Origin: Harriotta raleighana
Taxonomy: Eukaryota
Assembly: GCA_050575255.1 (NCBI GenBank)
Contig: JBNZDD010013589.1
Coordinates: 1,206,374 to 1,270,373, forward strand
DNA: 64,000 nt
Reading direction: 5' to 3'
A model generated the notes under the pieces. It saw nothing but the letters and a program-made list of their open reading frames with translations, had not been told where the DNA came from and searched no databases. Every line of letters begins with the position of its first letter. The stretch's first letter is position 1. Of this stretch, positions 38,860 to 52,500 are shown in pieces. The translations under genes were made by a program, and so were the position numbers.

Positions 38860-40121
38860 AGTACTTGGTTTATGTCTTTAATATTATACTAACCATTTGG
38901 CATAGTTGATCAAAACATCTCAAAGTGTTTTTCAGCAACGTCTAGTGACTGTAAATTTGTAGGCGAACACAGCAGCCAATTTCGCACAGCGATGTCCCAC
39001 GAACAGCAGTCAATGTTTATAGTTTTTATTTGGGGAATTGTTGGCCAGGACACTGGAAGAATGGCAATGAATGTAAGTGGATTGGTGGATACAATATGCT
39101 TGTATCCGAATTCTACTTTGGCTTTGATCAGTTCTCTCTTTCCTCAACACAGTGTTATTTGTAGAATAAATATTCTTTAATCTAAAGGAAGTGCACTTGC
39201 TTAATGTGCTGTTCCCTGACTGTCAGGTAAGGTTTATATATCATCCATTGTGTTTTGTTATGCATTATTGCCAGATGCTTCACCGAGCAGCATAAAATCA
39301 ATTTATGTAGTGTGAGATTTTACTGCTAATAGAATAGCTCCATGAGTTTCTGAATGAAAAAAGCTGATATCTCACATTCTGTTCGTATTTACACTGTCAG
39401 GCGTTTAACTCGATTGATGAATGAAGGATTGCAGCAACTTTGCTCCCATTATCATGAGATGTTATCGTATGTTGCAGTAAGCAGAGAGATAAACTACAGT
39501 GACAGGATAGTCTGTGCTGGTACACAAGGATAAAGGGACAATTGCTTGTTCTGTGCTAGAGAATAGAGGGTATGTAACTCAGATGTTCATGTTTCTGTAG
39601 TCCAATATACAAAGAGAGCATTGCTTGGAGTAATAGACTCTACTCTCGTTTGCAGTATTCTAGTTGCAGAGCACAATATATACTTATTCTGTGACCAAAC
39701 AAACCCTTGAAATGGGTTGCTGTAGTTATTATATTTGTCACACCAATTTTGTGTTAAAGAAAATTCTAATTTAGCACGTCACTGTTAACTGAAAATCTTT
39801 AATGAATGATCGCATGAGCGTCTGCTCAGAATTAGCTTTTCACGTGGCTTAAAAATGTGCCCTGTCTTTAGGGAGGGATGTTCTGGAGAAGTGATTTTAG
39901 AAGAAAACTCTGGGCTGTTTCAGTTGTGTGATGTAATCAAAATCTAATGAGAGATTTTGTAAGCAAACCCATATTATCCGAAGACAGGTTTCACAGTCTG
40001 GTGGCTTCATATCAGAGTGCTGTAGTTTAGTGGTTAGAGCACTCACCTCGCAAACTAGAGGACTTGAATTTGAATCCTGATCAAGTTTCCTTACTCCATA
40101 CACTTCTGCTTACCTCGCAGC

Positions 40122-40392
40122 AATAATAATCCCTGTATTTGATATAGCGCTTTTTACTTCTTCTAGATGTCTCAAAATGCTTCACATAATATACTGTAAA
40201 ATGAATGGACTGTTTCTGCGGGTGAAACGCACAGCCAATTGTGCACAGTGGTATTCCACAAACAGTTATGACCAATTTATTATTATTTTGGGGGGAGTGA
40301 ATATTATTAAATGTGTGGAGTAAGGAAAGTTGCCCAAGTTTCTCCCTGCCTGGAATTCAACCCAGGTCTCTTGCATTTTAGATGAGGGCTCT
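40122..40392 (-). mobile_element. tRNA-derived SINE, full length, abutting a + strand SINE head (40015-40120)
   Basis: Family tail, body and head in reverse orientation. Confidence 0.85.
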
Positions 40393-40668
40393 ACCCACTG
40401 AGCTACAGAATTCTGGTATGAAGGCACCGGACAGTTTTGCGGCTGTGTCCTTTTGCATGATACCTGGTATTTTTCTCAATGTATCTCAGTGAAGTTCTCT
40501 CCACTTTTGCCTGAGAATGTGTTTAAATGCAATATTTAGTTGCCCTAAACAATTTTGAGAATGCAGTGGGCAATTGTCCGGTGAAGAAATAGCAACAGAG
40601 CCAAACCTGACCTTACCAATCATCCGAAGGACGAAGAAATGAAGCATCAGAAACATTCAGTGCAAAGT

Positions 40669-40985
40669 CAACGACAAAATTACATTTGCATACCGTCTTT
40701 CACGTCGGGAGGACGTCTCAAGGCACTGGAGAGTCAGTGTTTTGGACCTGAGCTAGAGTCCTGCAGAACCCTGCAAAAACTCACTTATAGCTTCTTTTAT
40801 TCCTCCATTTCCTCCTTCAAGGCCGGTCTCAAGACCTTCCTCTTCTGCTGCTCTCCTAACTCTCCCACCTTTCCTACTCTCCTTCCGCCCAATCCAACCC
40901 TTCCCCCCTGCTCGGGTCCTCAGCGCCTTGAGATGGCCTCCAGATGTGAAAGGTGGTATATAAATGTAATTTTGTTGTTGTTGTT
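40669..40985. mobile_element. Two L2 3' fragments in opposite orientation
   Basis: Minus-strand tail at 40669-40760; plus-strand 3' fragment at 40800-40985. Confidence 0.75.
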
Positions 40986-42467
40986 CACTCAGGATATTTT
41001 ATTAGCATAGCTTCTCAGAGCACTGAAAGGCTGTGGCGAGTCGCAACACAACGGGAGGGCAAAGACAAGCTATAGTGAAAGGCTGGGTAGGATGTGGATG
41101 TGTTGAGGATTATGAAGGGCTTCAAGAAACAGTGACTGACTTATTTCTCTAGTGGGTCTAGTAATTAATGGGAGACATGACCTTAACATCAGGGTGCAAA
41201 GTGTAAGGACTGTGGTAAGATTGAATTTACTCTTGAAGAGATTGCAAAGAATTTGGAGTGCACTGCCCTGAAACCACAGGTGAGAAATAATCGAGGAATT
41301 CAAGAAGAGAGATGGATAGACACTTGAAATGGTACTTGGTGGTGATAAGTGGAATTAGGGGAGTTGGAGATGAGTTGTCACATTGAAATGTTCTATAGGA
41401 GAGTTGATTTGAAGGTTCAAAATGGCCTCCTTCTCTTCCTAAATTCCTATTTATTTCTGAAGAATACTTAAAATTACGCAGGATTGAAGACAAGAAATTA
41501 AAGGAAGCAATAAATGCGGAGCAAAGGTGAACTAGAAACAGCGACAGGGCTAGATTTTATACCGATTTGAGTGGATGAAAATATATAACATGATTGGAGA
41601 TGATAATGATCCTAGCATTTGATATAGCGCCTTGTCACGTCTTACAGAGCTTCACAGAATATGTTCTCAAATGAATTGATTGTACATTTCTGTGGATGGA
41701 ATGCGGCAGCCAATTGCGACAAACAGTGGGGAATTGAGTTACCAAATTATTATTCTCGGGATGCTGAATGGCTTTGTGGGCTTGCCCTCTAGCTACTTCA
41801 TCCCCAGCACAAACTCCCAGTTTGGTGTCTTGCATAACATGAAGAAATTGCTGTTAATCTCGGAAGGATAATTGCAGCTTCCCCCGATTGTTCAGCGTTT
41901 TCCAAGTTTGCACAGATTCGAAGGGCACGGTAATTGGTGCTGTGAAGAGTGGCAGAAGCCGCTCTGGCATGAGAGCTGAGGCAAATCTACTTCAATAATC
42001 CGCTCAAGATGTGGGAGAAAAATCATGTTTATTCAACGCAGGGAAGAACAAGGTAACGAGAGCGAGGAATAAGCACTTTTGTAGAGGATTAGCTTTGACA
42101 ATTAGATATACATTCATTCATTTGGGTAATTCAATGTGTCAAAAATTCTGACTGCTGCTGACATAAGTTTCTACTATTTAATAAGTTTGTTCCTCTCTCC
42201 TCTACCTTGCGTGTCTCCTTGTATCGCATGGAAGGATCATGCTCCATTCTTCTTTTCCAGTTATATCCATATTTGGAAATAACAGTATTTTGGAAATCAA
42301 ACCACCAGCTCCTGAGAACTCCTATATATGCCCTCAAATTTGACAGTTATAACTCCCCCTCTGTTATACAGTGCCACATATCTCAACGTCTGATATACAC
42401 CTCTGTTCCATTGGTGGCTGGGCTGCTTTTAATCTTGATGTCCCAGGATTCACTTCTACTGTCTTTT

Positions 42468-42755
42468 CAAAATCAATCAATCAAAATTTTATTTATAAAG
42501 CGCCTTTCACGTCGGGAGGACGTCCCATGTGGGGGGGAGGGGTCGGGGGAACGAAAGTAGGAAAAATTGACTATATTTGTGGGCGAAACGCGGCAGCCAA
42601 ATTACGCACAGGAGTGTCCCNTCACGTCGGGAGGACGTCCCATGTGGGGGGGAGGGGTCGGGGGAACGAAAGTAGGAAAAATTGACTGTATATTTGTGGG
42701 CGAAACGCGGCAGCCAAATTACGCACAGCAGTGTCCTACAAACAGTCATGGAAAT
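42468..42755 (-). mobile_element. Composite L2-tailed SINE-like element, 3' part (assembly duplication at N42621)
   Basis: (AATC)n, GCGCCTTTCACGTCGGGAGGACGTCCC tail, G-rich spacer, SINE core. Confidence 0.75.
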
Positions 42756-42983
42756 AAATAAATACACCTTTTTGACTGTGTCTGCAGTCATCATCCTCGA
42801 TCTCACTTTGTTCAATGGTCCACATCATTTCTGTAAAATGCTTCAGGATGTTGAATGGTGCTTTTATAAGTACATCTTGCTTTTCTTCTTAAAGAAAAGC
42901 AGAAGAATGCTTAATATATTGGGGACTGACATTTGAGAGACTGAAAATAATTTGGCAGATTATCCCTTTGGAAATGTGCTCTA

Positions 42984-43234
42984 CAGGTAGTCCTCGCTTA
43001 ACGTTGGTCCGGTCAACGTTTCATTATAATATCGCTGATACATAGGGGACATATATTCATTTAACATTGCGACGTTCGCTGTTACGTCGTACGTGTGGGT
43101 GGAAACTACTTTGGGTTGTGTAGGCGTACATAGACGCTGAATACCCGATATTCTTGCCCGGATCGCTTAATGTTGTTTTGCTTCGCGTCGCACTTTTCCC
43201 GAACACAACTGTGACGTTAAGCGAGGAGTAAGTG
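42984..43234. mobile_element. Tigger-like MITE, family B
   Basis: TIRs CAGGTAGTCCTCGCTTAACGT and ACGTTAAGCGAGGAGTAAGTG; TA on both sides; CpG-rich interior. Confidence 0.85.
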
Positions 43235-44029
43235 TACTGTGGTACTGTATTATATAGCAATAGTTAACTTAAGGACTTATTCAGCTATTTTTTGGGAAGA
43301 TCTGAATGCCACATTTTTCATATCCCAAACTTCAAGGGAATGTGTTTGCGAGCACGTGAAGATGTGATCGTGTTGAAGGTTCTGTGCTCGGAATTCATCA
43401 TTGATCTTCAATAAGTGGAGCACTTGGAGCATATTCACAATGAGTAGCGGTGTATGTATATATATATATATATATATATGAAAGTTCTTAAATATAGATC
43501 ACAGGCTGAGTGATGTTCTGAATACAACTCTGGGGTACTGCATCATTGAAAATTTTAAATATAGATCATAGTGATGTGCCTAATTTTGTTCCTGAGTTTT
43601 TATCCTTTAAAACTCTGCCCAGCAAACCAGTGAATTGCTTCAACCAAATTTCCAAAGAAAACCAGATTGTTCAGTGATCATGCTAAGAAGTTTCTCAACT
43701 TTGTTAATCGCTGTTGAATTAAGCAATCAGGGATGCTACTCTGAGTGTAATGTATACATAAATTCAAATTGTTGTTGAATTTGCCATGGCCAACTGTACA
43801 GAGAGTTCTTAATGAAACTGCTTCAGTATCATTCATTCTTAAGAATATTCCTTACAGTTGACATAGTGGTGCTGCTGTTAAAGTTAAGGTGTTTATAGGG
43901 AATTGCTGTCAAGTACAATGGTTGTACTCGTCAGCAAATGCAGCAGTTAGTTTCCACACAATCAGGTCTATAGCAAGTTATTACCTTAGGGTTGTTGGTC
44001 AGGCAACTGGGGAAAATCTCCTTCTTTCC

Positions 44030-44185
44030 ATCAAAACCACAGTTTAATGTCTCATTTGAAGGATGACATCTCCTGATAGTGTTGCACTGGAATGTCAGCC
44101 TGGTGTGGGAGCTCAAGCTGGGTCTAAGGACTAAACCGGCAATCTTCTGCCCCAGAGACAAGAGTGCTGCCAATGAACTGACTCC
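44030..44185 (-). mobile_element. DeuSINE fragment
   Basis: GTTTAATGTCTCATTTGAAGGATGACATCTCC...TGCACTGGAATGTCAGCCTGG. Confidence 0.6.
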
Positions 44186-44684
44186 TGTGTAATTCTTCCA
44201 GAAATGCACAGGTTTGCTGTAATGGAACCTGGAATGTGTTCTGTTTTTGATGAACACGATACATCTCTTTTATAGCCCCAAAAGGCTGTAATGTGGTATC
44301 TGTCTTCTATGAGAGAGAGAATTCATATATTGTAGATTCTTGAGATGCATTCGGTACAAATGTTGTCTAGCGGCTTTCAAAATCTAATCTAGATTGATGT
44401 AAAAGAACAACTTATTTTTAAACAAAATATCCCAATTTGAATCCTGCACAGGCTGCAGCAACACTGCAACATCCAGAGCCATTGAGTTTTGCTCATGTAT
44501 ATCTCAGGAAGGAATTCTGAAAAGACTCAATTCCATCCAGTCAAAGAGCCTAATCATTCTAGTGGAAGATTGATGGATGATTGTAATCCATGGGACGGGC
44601 GGGAAGTCATAGCTCCTCTTAATTTATCAAGACGAGAACCAACACTTAACTAAAATTGTCTCCTTTCTTTATCTTGTGCTGTAG

Positions 44685-44771
44685 GCGACTGTTGGAGTCC
44701 TCGCTTATTTCTCTGTCTCGAAATGATGGTTCAGGATCCAGAGAGCATCCAATTTACCCCGACCCAGCCAG
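44685..44771 (+). CDS. AMBRA1: AMBRA1 coding exon 7
   Basis: [28 protein letters not shown](R); acceptor CTGTAG, donor AG|GTAAGC; 87 nt, phase 2-2. Confidence 0.96.
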
Positions 44772-45866
44772 GTAAGCTTAACTGTTCTGTTCTCAGCAAC
44801 ACTCAGCCCTCCCTTGCATTCATCGCCAGGCCAAGCATGAATTAGTTGTGGATGGAGTACATTGCTTTGGTGCTGTTTCTTGCGGTGGTTCTTCAGCCAC
44901 TGTAATGTATGGTAAGTTTTTAAATTGCTTTAATTCTGTACAACAGCTTAAATTTGCTACTTTCAAATGGACAATGTACTATCTGAAACTAAGTCTCATT
45001 AATTCTGGAACATATTCCCATGGATTTATTGTAGTTTTGTGGGATGGAATAACGGGGGTGTAAGGAAAATATCTACAGCGATGAGTGATCCTGAGTTTTT
45101 CTGAATCGTAAGCAAGACAGCTATTAAATGTTGTCAGTATGCCATCATATCTACCTTCAAACCAGCAAAAGGCTGCAGTTCAAATTGCATTCCTTAAAGT
45201 TAATTGTTTGCTAGCAGTTGTTGCGAGTGCTATATAATATATCCTTAAAGGTAATTTTCTTTGTAGGTTGAAGATTCTGCATAATCTATTTGCTTTCAAA
45301 GTTGTTTGGTTTGGAAGTGTTTTGAGTCCTGAGCCTCATTGAATCCTAGTTGGGTGGTTTAGTACTTCTTGTACCATTGTATTTCGATATGTTGTGGATG
45401 AATAGTTTAGTTATTTGTAGCTCTTGTGGGTTGGCTGTACTTCACAGCTCACCTTGTTTGTTTGTTTCCTTCCTCTTTTCCTTCTCATTTTGCTCCTGAA
45501 TTTAAAGAGTAAAAGACATGGAGATTAGGTGGGGACGATCTGATTGGATAGGTGAGGGGATGCCATAGACGAATAAAATGATAGTGTAAACTGCTCTTAA
45601 TCCTCTGTTTGTTTCATGGTGCGCAATGTAAACAGTAGCCGATTCCAGTAAGATTCAAGACAACAAAAAGTGGGATTATGTACAGCCATCATCTGTGTCT
45701 CTCACTGATTTGTAAGATAAAGTTTGAAGCTCTATAATGGCTCAGCAGGGTGACTGGTCCTATGGAAATCAAGTATTTTAGCCAGGTTATGAATATGCAT
45801 GTCTTCAAAAGCTTATCCAGGTAGGATTGAGTGTTCTTTCGCATGGAGATAGCTAGTTGAGAAGTA

Positions 45867-46369
45867 CAGTAAAAGCCAGTTTATCCGGCACCCGCAGGCC
45901 CTGGCCAATGCCAGTTAAACGGCCGGGTTCCGACACCGACAACACAAAAAAAATTAATTAGTTTTAACACCTACCATATTAATAATAGACGAAATAATAA
46001 CAGATAATAACAGAATATTGTATGGGTACTTTATTTAAATGTTGTACACTGTACCATATAAATAATAGACTAAATATAGTAATAATAGATACTGTAATAA
46101 CAGAATATTGTATTAGTACTTTATTATTTATACTTCTGCAATGGTGGCTGCCACAGGAGGAAAACAAATGGTAACGCGACTTTAAGGCTGTACTAGCGGC
46201 AAGCCGCCACAATACCGGTACAGTACTCTTGTATGACAATCGCTTCATTAAATGCGCCACCGCTATTCTGCGGGATAACTTCCAATTAATCTGATGAGGA
46301 TTTTTTTGGGACGTACCGGTTACATGTAAGTTCCAGTTCATCGAGTCACGAATAAACGTGCTTCTACTG
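45867..46369. mobile_element. pogo/Tigger-like MITE, family A copy 3, inserted in a CR1 3' fragment
   Basis: CAGTAAAAGCCAGTTTATCCG ... CGAATAAACGTGCTTCTACTG; TA flanks. Confidence 0.8.
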
Positions 46370-46824
46370 TAAAAGTATTGAGGGTCATAGGGAAAAGGTG
46401 GGGAAATAATTGATTACTGGATCTGCCATGATCTGATAAACTAGTGGAATAGGTTTGATGGGCTGAATGGCCTCCTGCTATTCCTGTTCGACTCAAGCTG
46501 TCAAATTGTGACTGATACTTTCCGGAAAGCAGTTTGAGTCCCAGAAGAGGGTGTGCTTACCATTCCATACCACATAAATGTAATTATTGATTGATTGATT
46601 CCAACAATCTATTTCTGGAACTTTTATGTGTGGGTGAAATGTGCAGAATTCTCGGTTTGGTTTGGACACTCTTAAGCATGTGTCAGACATCTGATTGATA
46701 ATTTGGAAACTGTTGTGATCTGTTGTCCACCTTATCTGAACCTTATTCTAACCTTCTTCGATTCCCTAACCCGTCGAAATATTCCAATGTATCTTTTACA
46801 GTAAAATGAACCCTTGGACTTCTC

Positions 46825-47005
46825 AAATAAAAACAGAAATCGCTGAGAACACTCAGCGGGTCAGGCAGTATCTATGGAGAAAGGAAAAGTGAGTCAACGT
46901 TTCAGGTCCACGACCCTTCGTCACTTTTCTCCATAAATGCTGCCTGACCTGCTGATTGTTCCCAGCAATTTCTGTTTTTGTTTCAGATATCCAGCATCTA
47001 CAACA
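46825..47005. mobile_element. Palindromic pair of Penelope-like terminal repeats
   Basis: Arms 46825-46892 and 46921-46983 are reverse complements around a 28-nt spacer. Confidence 0.7.
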
Positions 47006-47139
47006 TTTTGTGTTTTTCCTTAATCTTCTCAATTTCTATTGATACTTGTAATATGAGCATTACAGATTTTTAGTCAAAACACAATACAGAGTGATGCTAT
47101 TATCCAGGTCCAGGTTTAACTCACTAATATTTATTGAAA

Positions 47140-47722
47140 TTAAAATTGCTTTTTATCGTGTTGCAAGGGCATCTCAAAGTGCTTCACAGGATTTACTGTG
47201 AAATTGAATTACTGTGTATTTTGCAGGCAAATGCAGCAGCATCAGTTGTGAACACTATTGACCCAAAAAAGGCTATAAAAGAAATTACCAATTTTAGTTG
47301 GGGATTTGTTGACCAGGATCCAGGGAGAAACTCCCATTTCTTTTTGAATAGTGCCATGGGATCTTTAACATCTTCCTGAACAGGCATTAGGGACCTGGAT
47401 TTAACGTCTCATCTGAAGGACGGCACATCCAACAATATAGCACACACCAGCATAGCACTGAACTGTCATCTTTGATTATGTGAGTTCAGTCCCGACATGG
47501 GACTCAAACCCACAAAGAGTCGTGACCAAATTAGTTTTTTTTAAATGATGAAGGGATTAGTGCTCTTGGGAAAAGCGATACGTCAATCAACCGGATTCTA
47601 TTTACTACTAGGTAAACAGGAATGTGGAGTAAGGAAATTTGCCTAATGTTTCACCCTGCCCGAGAATCAAACCCAGGTCCTCTTGCTTGCGAGGCAAGTG
47701 ATCTAAATACTATGTTACAGAG
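47140..47722 (-). mobile_element. DeuSINE (47140-47515) followed by a tRNA-SINE 5' half (47520-47722)
   Basis: GAATAGTGCCATGGGATCTTTAACATC...TTTAACGTCTCATCTGAAGGACGGCAC Deu core, then the dominant-family head in reverse. Confidence 0.7.
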
Positions 47723-48560
47723 GTCCACGTAACGCCAGTGGCAACATGATCATCCGGAAGCGCTAATGATCAGCTATTTCTACAGGCAAGTCAACTTATA
47801 CTGCAGGGTCTAGGTTTTACGAATCCCCAAATAACTGGATCCAACTGTACTCCTTATGTATTTATCCAACTCTTTTGTTAAATGCTGTTATGGACTCAGG
47901 TACAACAGCCATCAGGGGAATATTATTCCATATTATAACAGTCCTGCAGAAATAAATGGTTGGATTCAGGCTTGGGAAAGGACATCTAAATTGACACTTT
48001 GAGCGTTGGGAATGTGCAGGAACAACATTGGGACCTTCTGCTATGAGACTGGCTGGATCGCTCTGTAGAGGAAGCTCTAATGCAAATGTCTTTTGAAGCT
48101 GGAACTTCAATGCAACTCTCTCTTTGTTGAGAATTCAGCAGTGTTGAAACTATCAGATTGTCACAGTTACGAGCTTCAAAATAAAATTAACTAGGAATTC
48201 AGTGAGGAGAATCGCTTTCTGAGGCCCGTTTGATGTGCTGCTTGTCTTGTCTATTGCCTGTCAGTTACCATTGGTGTGCGTTCGTTTCCTTCCCTGTATT
48301 TTGATGGCTAGTCTGGAGTCTCCTCTGGGTTCCTTCCGTTGGCTGACAGGCTTGTCATATTCTGGTCTCTGAAGCAAAGTGTTTTCTTTCGACCGTGAAT
48401 GTTTTGATACCTCCGACGGGGAGACGCTGCTGGGTCTGTGTGTGCGTACTGAACTGACGGCACTTGAGGATTTCTAGAAAGCAAAATGTGCTTCTCTCTC
48501 TGTCTCTCTCGCTTTCCTTCTCCCTCTCCATTTTTCCCTCCTCACTTTTCAACTTTGTGC

Positions 48561-48853
48561 AGTCCTGTAGCTCAATGGTTGGAGCACTCGCGTGAGACCT
48601 GTGTTTCGAATCCAGGCAGGTCACGGCAAAACTATGGGCAAGTTTCCTTACTCCGCACTCTTAATAATAATCCATCCAAATAAAAACATAGAATAAATTG
48701 GTCATTTCAATCCACGACTGTTTGTGAGACACTGCTGTGCGCAATTGGCTGCCGCGTTTCGCCCACAAATATATAGTCAATTCACTTTACAATATATACT
48801 TTGAAACATCTAGAAGACATGAAAAGTGCTGTATCAAATGCAAGGATTATTAT
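48561..48853 (+). mobile_element. tRNA-derived SINE, full length, CpG-retaining (young)
   Basis: AGTCCTGTAGCTCAATGGTTGGAGCAC...TTCGAATCC...GGATTATTAT. Confidence 0.88.
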
Positions 48854-49261
48854 GATTATAACCCTCAGTAATATTTTTTTCAAACCATTTCTCACCATTT
48901 TTGATGTTTGGGATTCTCAGTAGTATGGATAGGGATTGTTTTTCATCTCTTCTCCACTTCTGTAGTCAGTCCTTGCTGTTTGTGCACAATTGTATACGTA
49001 CAGCAGATCACTGGTTCCATAGTCAGACACCGCAGATTTCAGATCCCATCCTACTCCAAATGCAAATCACCTTTTGGCTCTCATTCTCCCCCCCCCCCGT
49101 CTCTCTTNCAAGCGGCTCTCTGCAGCCCCCCCCCGCCCCCCCACCCCGCCCCCCCCCCCCCCCCCCCGTGCACCCCCCCCACCATCCCCGTCTCTCTTGC
49201 TACGGGGAAGACATTTCTGATTTGGGTACAGGAGAATCTAACTTTCCCTTTTTGTACAGCA

Positions 49262-49520
49262 CCAACAACTGCAACAACTTGTATTTATGTAGCGCTTCTC
49301 GTGAAGGGTAGCTTGACAATGGCAGAACATGACACTGAGCCATGGGGTTGGAGGAATGGTGACGAAGCAATCAAAAGAGAAGATTTTCAGGCACGACCTG
49401 AAGATGGGAAAGGAAGGGGCAAGGCAGAGGAATGGAGGAAGCGTGTTCCAGAATTTTGGGGCAAAGAGGCTGAAAGCATGACCAATAGTGGTGGAATGCA
49501 GGGCACAAGGGACATCTCAG
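49262..49520 (-). mobile_element. L2 3' fragment
   Basis: CAACAACTTGTATTTATGTAGCGC tail; minus strand resembles the L2 C-terminal region. Confidence 0.6.
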
Positions 49521-52500
49521 ACCTACCATTACTTTGGATACCAGCCTTTTGATCCAATAGCTGTGTGACGTTAAGAGTTGAAGGCAACAAATAGTTCCTG
49601 TGAATTGTTTTGTTTTGCTTAAGTATATGGGAGGTAGTTTTATATTAAAACAAAGTGTCTTTAAGAGACTAGGCTAGCAGGGTGGGGATTAATATGCCCT
49701 GTTGTACAGAAATACTTCTGGCAACTCTGACAATGAGTGATTCCTTCTCTGTAATTAATTTTATGCTGCATCCAGTAGCTATCTTTTTCTCTGAGAGAAA
49801 TATAATAGCCCACCATATTTCTGAATGCCGTGGCATTAGTGTCAAGACTACAATTTACTTCACAGCAATAAGGCGTCCATTGTGCTGTGAAGTTTTATCC
49901 CTAAGGAAAGTTAAACCGCTGAGCCTCGAATTATTAAACCCGTGGAAGTGTGCTGCACAGGTTTGGGAAAAGATGGCTGAAATGTGGAATTATTTAAGGC
50001 TGCTGGAGCGAAGTCCGATGTAATTGCTTTTATTAGATTCCATCTACGTTACACTGCACAAGCAGAAGTTCAAGTACTTTTAAGTAAATCCCACTTCAAA
50101 GGAGTACTACATCTTACACTGCTTTTGAGTTTTGAGTGCCTAATGTCTATTAGTTCATAGGCAAAGGATTGAGTTACGTGAGGGATGGGATGATGGTGAG
50201 TACACAAAGCTTCATTGAGTCACCGTCTGTGAGATCTTGGCCTTGGTGTAGGCACATACAGGCAGAGAAAAGCAGCTTGTATCCACTGGAATATGTGTCC
50301 TGACTAAAGTACCTTCTAATAGTTGGTATTGGCAGAGGTTTAAATATGAAGTGCTTTCAGACTTCTCAGCGACCTGATGAGTGCTGTATCAAATGCAAGA
50401 ATTATTATTACATTATGTTGGTTCCTCTACTGCCAAAAGGGGATGTGGGGGTGGGAGGGGTAGAGAAATGAAGACTTACAATTAAGGATTACTACCATCC
50501 AAAAGAACATTTGCATCTTACTGTAGACTCCCAACACCAAAACTCTACCCAATGACATTGTCATTGTTGTAATCGGCTGTCATGCTGACCGACCCCCAAT
50601 ATGCAATGATCCAACCAGATTTTAGGGACCACCTTTTTGTTCGTTCCTCGGGACATTGCCAAGCTCCATGTTTCTACACTTCATCTCTTTAATAGCTCTG
50701 CAGCAAACCTTGTAATATTAGCCGCAGTGTTGTACAACAGCAGATTGCATATTGGCATTAATGGATTCAGTGAAGAAAAACGATTCCCATTATATCCATT
50801 GATTGTCTTGTTCACAACCTCTCGCCCGTTTAATTTGTATCGCTTGATCTTTGGAGAAACTCGATGTATGATCATGTTTCATGTAATTATGTGAACCATT
50901 GGGTTGAATAATACAAAGATTAATTGACCATCTGGAACTGCCTTGATAGGAACGCACAGCTTTCACATGCTTTAGCTGCAAATAAGAACATGAGGAAACT
51001 AGTTTGTAATATCTTTGGCACATTTCCTGGCATGCAATGGGCCTTAACCCGATATCATCACTGCCACGGGGGTAATCTCCTGTAAATTGTCTTGTATCAA
51101 AAACCCATGAGCATTTTGGATTGTTCAACTGGCATATAGCGAGCAAACAATTCATATGTTTACGTCTCTCAATATTTTGTTCATCTCGGTTTGGGATTTT
51201 CTTTGACTTTTTGAAAATAAGATTACATAACTGGTGTGAAATGGTTGATGAGAAATGCCTTAAGAGACACGACTTCTGATAAGTGCCTTTTTCTCTATTG
51301 GATATGTGTCCTTGATCTCTGCTTGATTCCTATTCTTTACGTTGTTCCTCAAATAAACATATTTTAAAAAAATTATATACCCAAGATAACATAATTGAGA
51401 GAATAGAAACATGGTTAAAATGTTAGGAATTAATAATAATAATCGTGGAATTATCACTTCTTTGCAACATCTCAATATATAAATGGGTTAATCTTGATCT
51501 TTTCAAGATTATTTTTGTAAAAAGTCTCCTGTTTTTCCTTCAGTTAATGTGCATTGGTGAAATTTATAGTGCTTTGGGCTATAATATGAATATTGACTGT
51601 TATTGAAGGCTCGAGTGATAGGATTTATGAGTCTGGTGCATTTATGCCATAGGCTGAATATACAACGCAGTCAAGGCTATTAACTCACCATCTATTTTGT
51701 TCTGTTCACAAGAGCTTAATAAAAGCTTGCAGTGGATCTCGTAGGGACTGGAAAGCTGTGTGTGGTACAAAGACGGTGTTGACCATCTACGTTCCATTTC
51801 TATACTTTTGTCAAGGGACACAATACCAATTTAGATTTATATATAAATATATAGCGCCTTTCCCATAGGAGAATGCCCCAAGCAGGATTGTGTGATTGAT
51901 CATGATGACTTTAATGTGCAGATTTTATCACCATGCCTTAAGTTTGCTGCAATGAAAACAGAAGTAGCTGGGAACACGCAGCAGGTCACATATCTATGGA
52001 GAGAGGAAAATGAGTTAACAGATGATGACCTTTTGTCAGAATTAAATTCGATGCATTAGGTTTTTGTAGCTAAGTTTTTAAAAAAAAAAAAAATTTTACA
52101 TGATCTTTTTTTCTTCTCCCACCCCCCACAAACAAAATAGTCAAACTCTGCAGTTAGGTTAGACATGTTTGCTCTACCTCGTCTGGTGGATGTGGAAGTT
52201 AAAATAACTTTAGACCACTGACTGTAGAAGCCTCTTTATGTAGATTTTGTTTTGGACATGGCTGTAAAGAAACTCGGTGATTTAAGAGAGAACTTTGACA
52301 AATTTGAGGCTTTGAATCTCAGTGGATGCAGAGCCTTTCATCCAATTTAAGGTTCATCATAGGAGTATCATCTAAAAGAGCATTGCAGCTGGACCTACAA
52401 CTTCTTAATTCTAGCAATCTGGGAATATGCACGAGAAGACAACAATTTATATACTGGACTGTATTGCATTTAGAAGGATTGAGCAGAATCCCTTGAGGGT

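Noticed and set aside
48561-48620. tRNA-like sequences with A and B boxes (many copies)
   Set aside because: SINE heads continuous with the family body and tail; no intact cloverleaf, so not tRNA genes.
48901-49552. Proline-rich ORFs
   Set aside because: Produced by poly-C tracts next to an N and an antisense L2 fragment.
50560-51160. Unique-looking block with short ORFs on both strands (possible nested gene)
   Set aside because: No recognisable protein or consistent splice structure; could be regulatory but unsupported from sequence alone.
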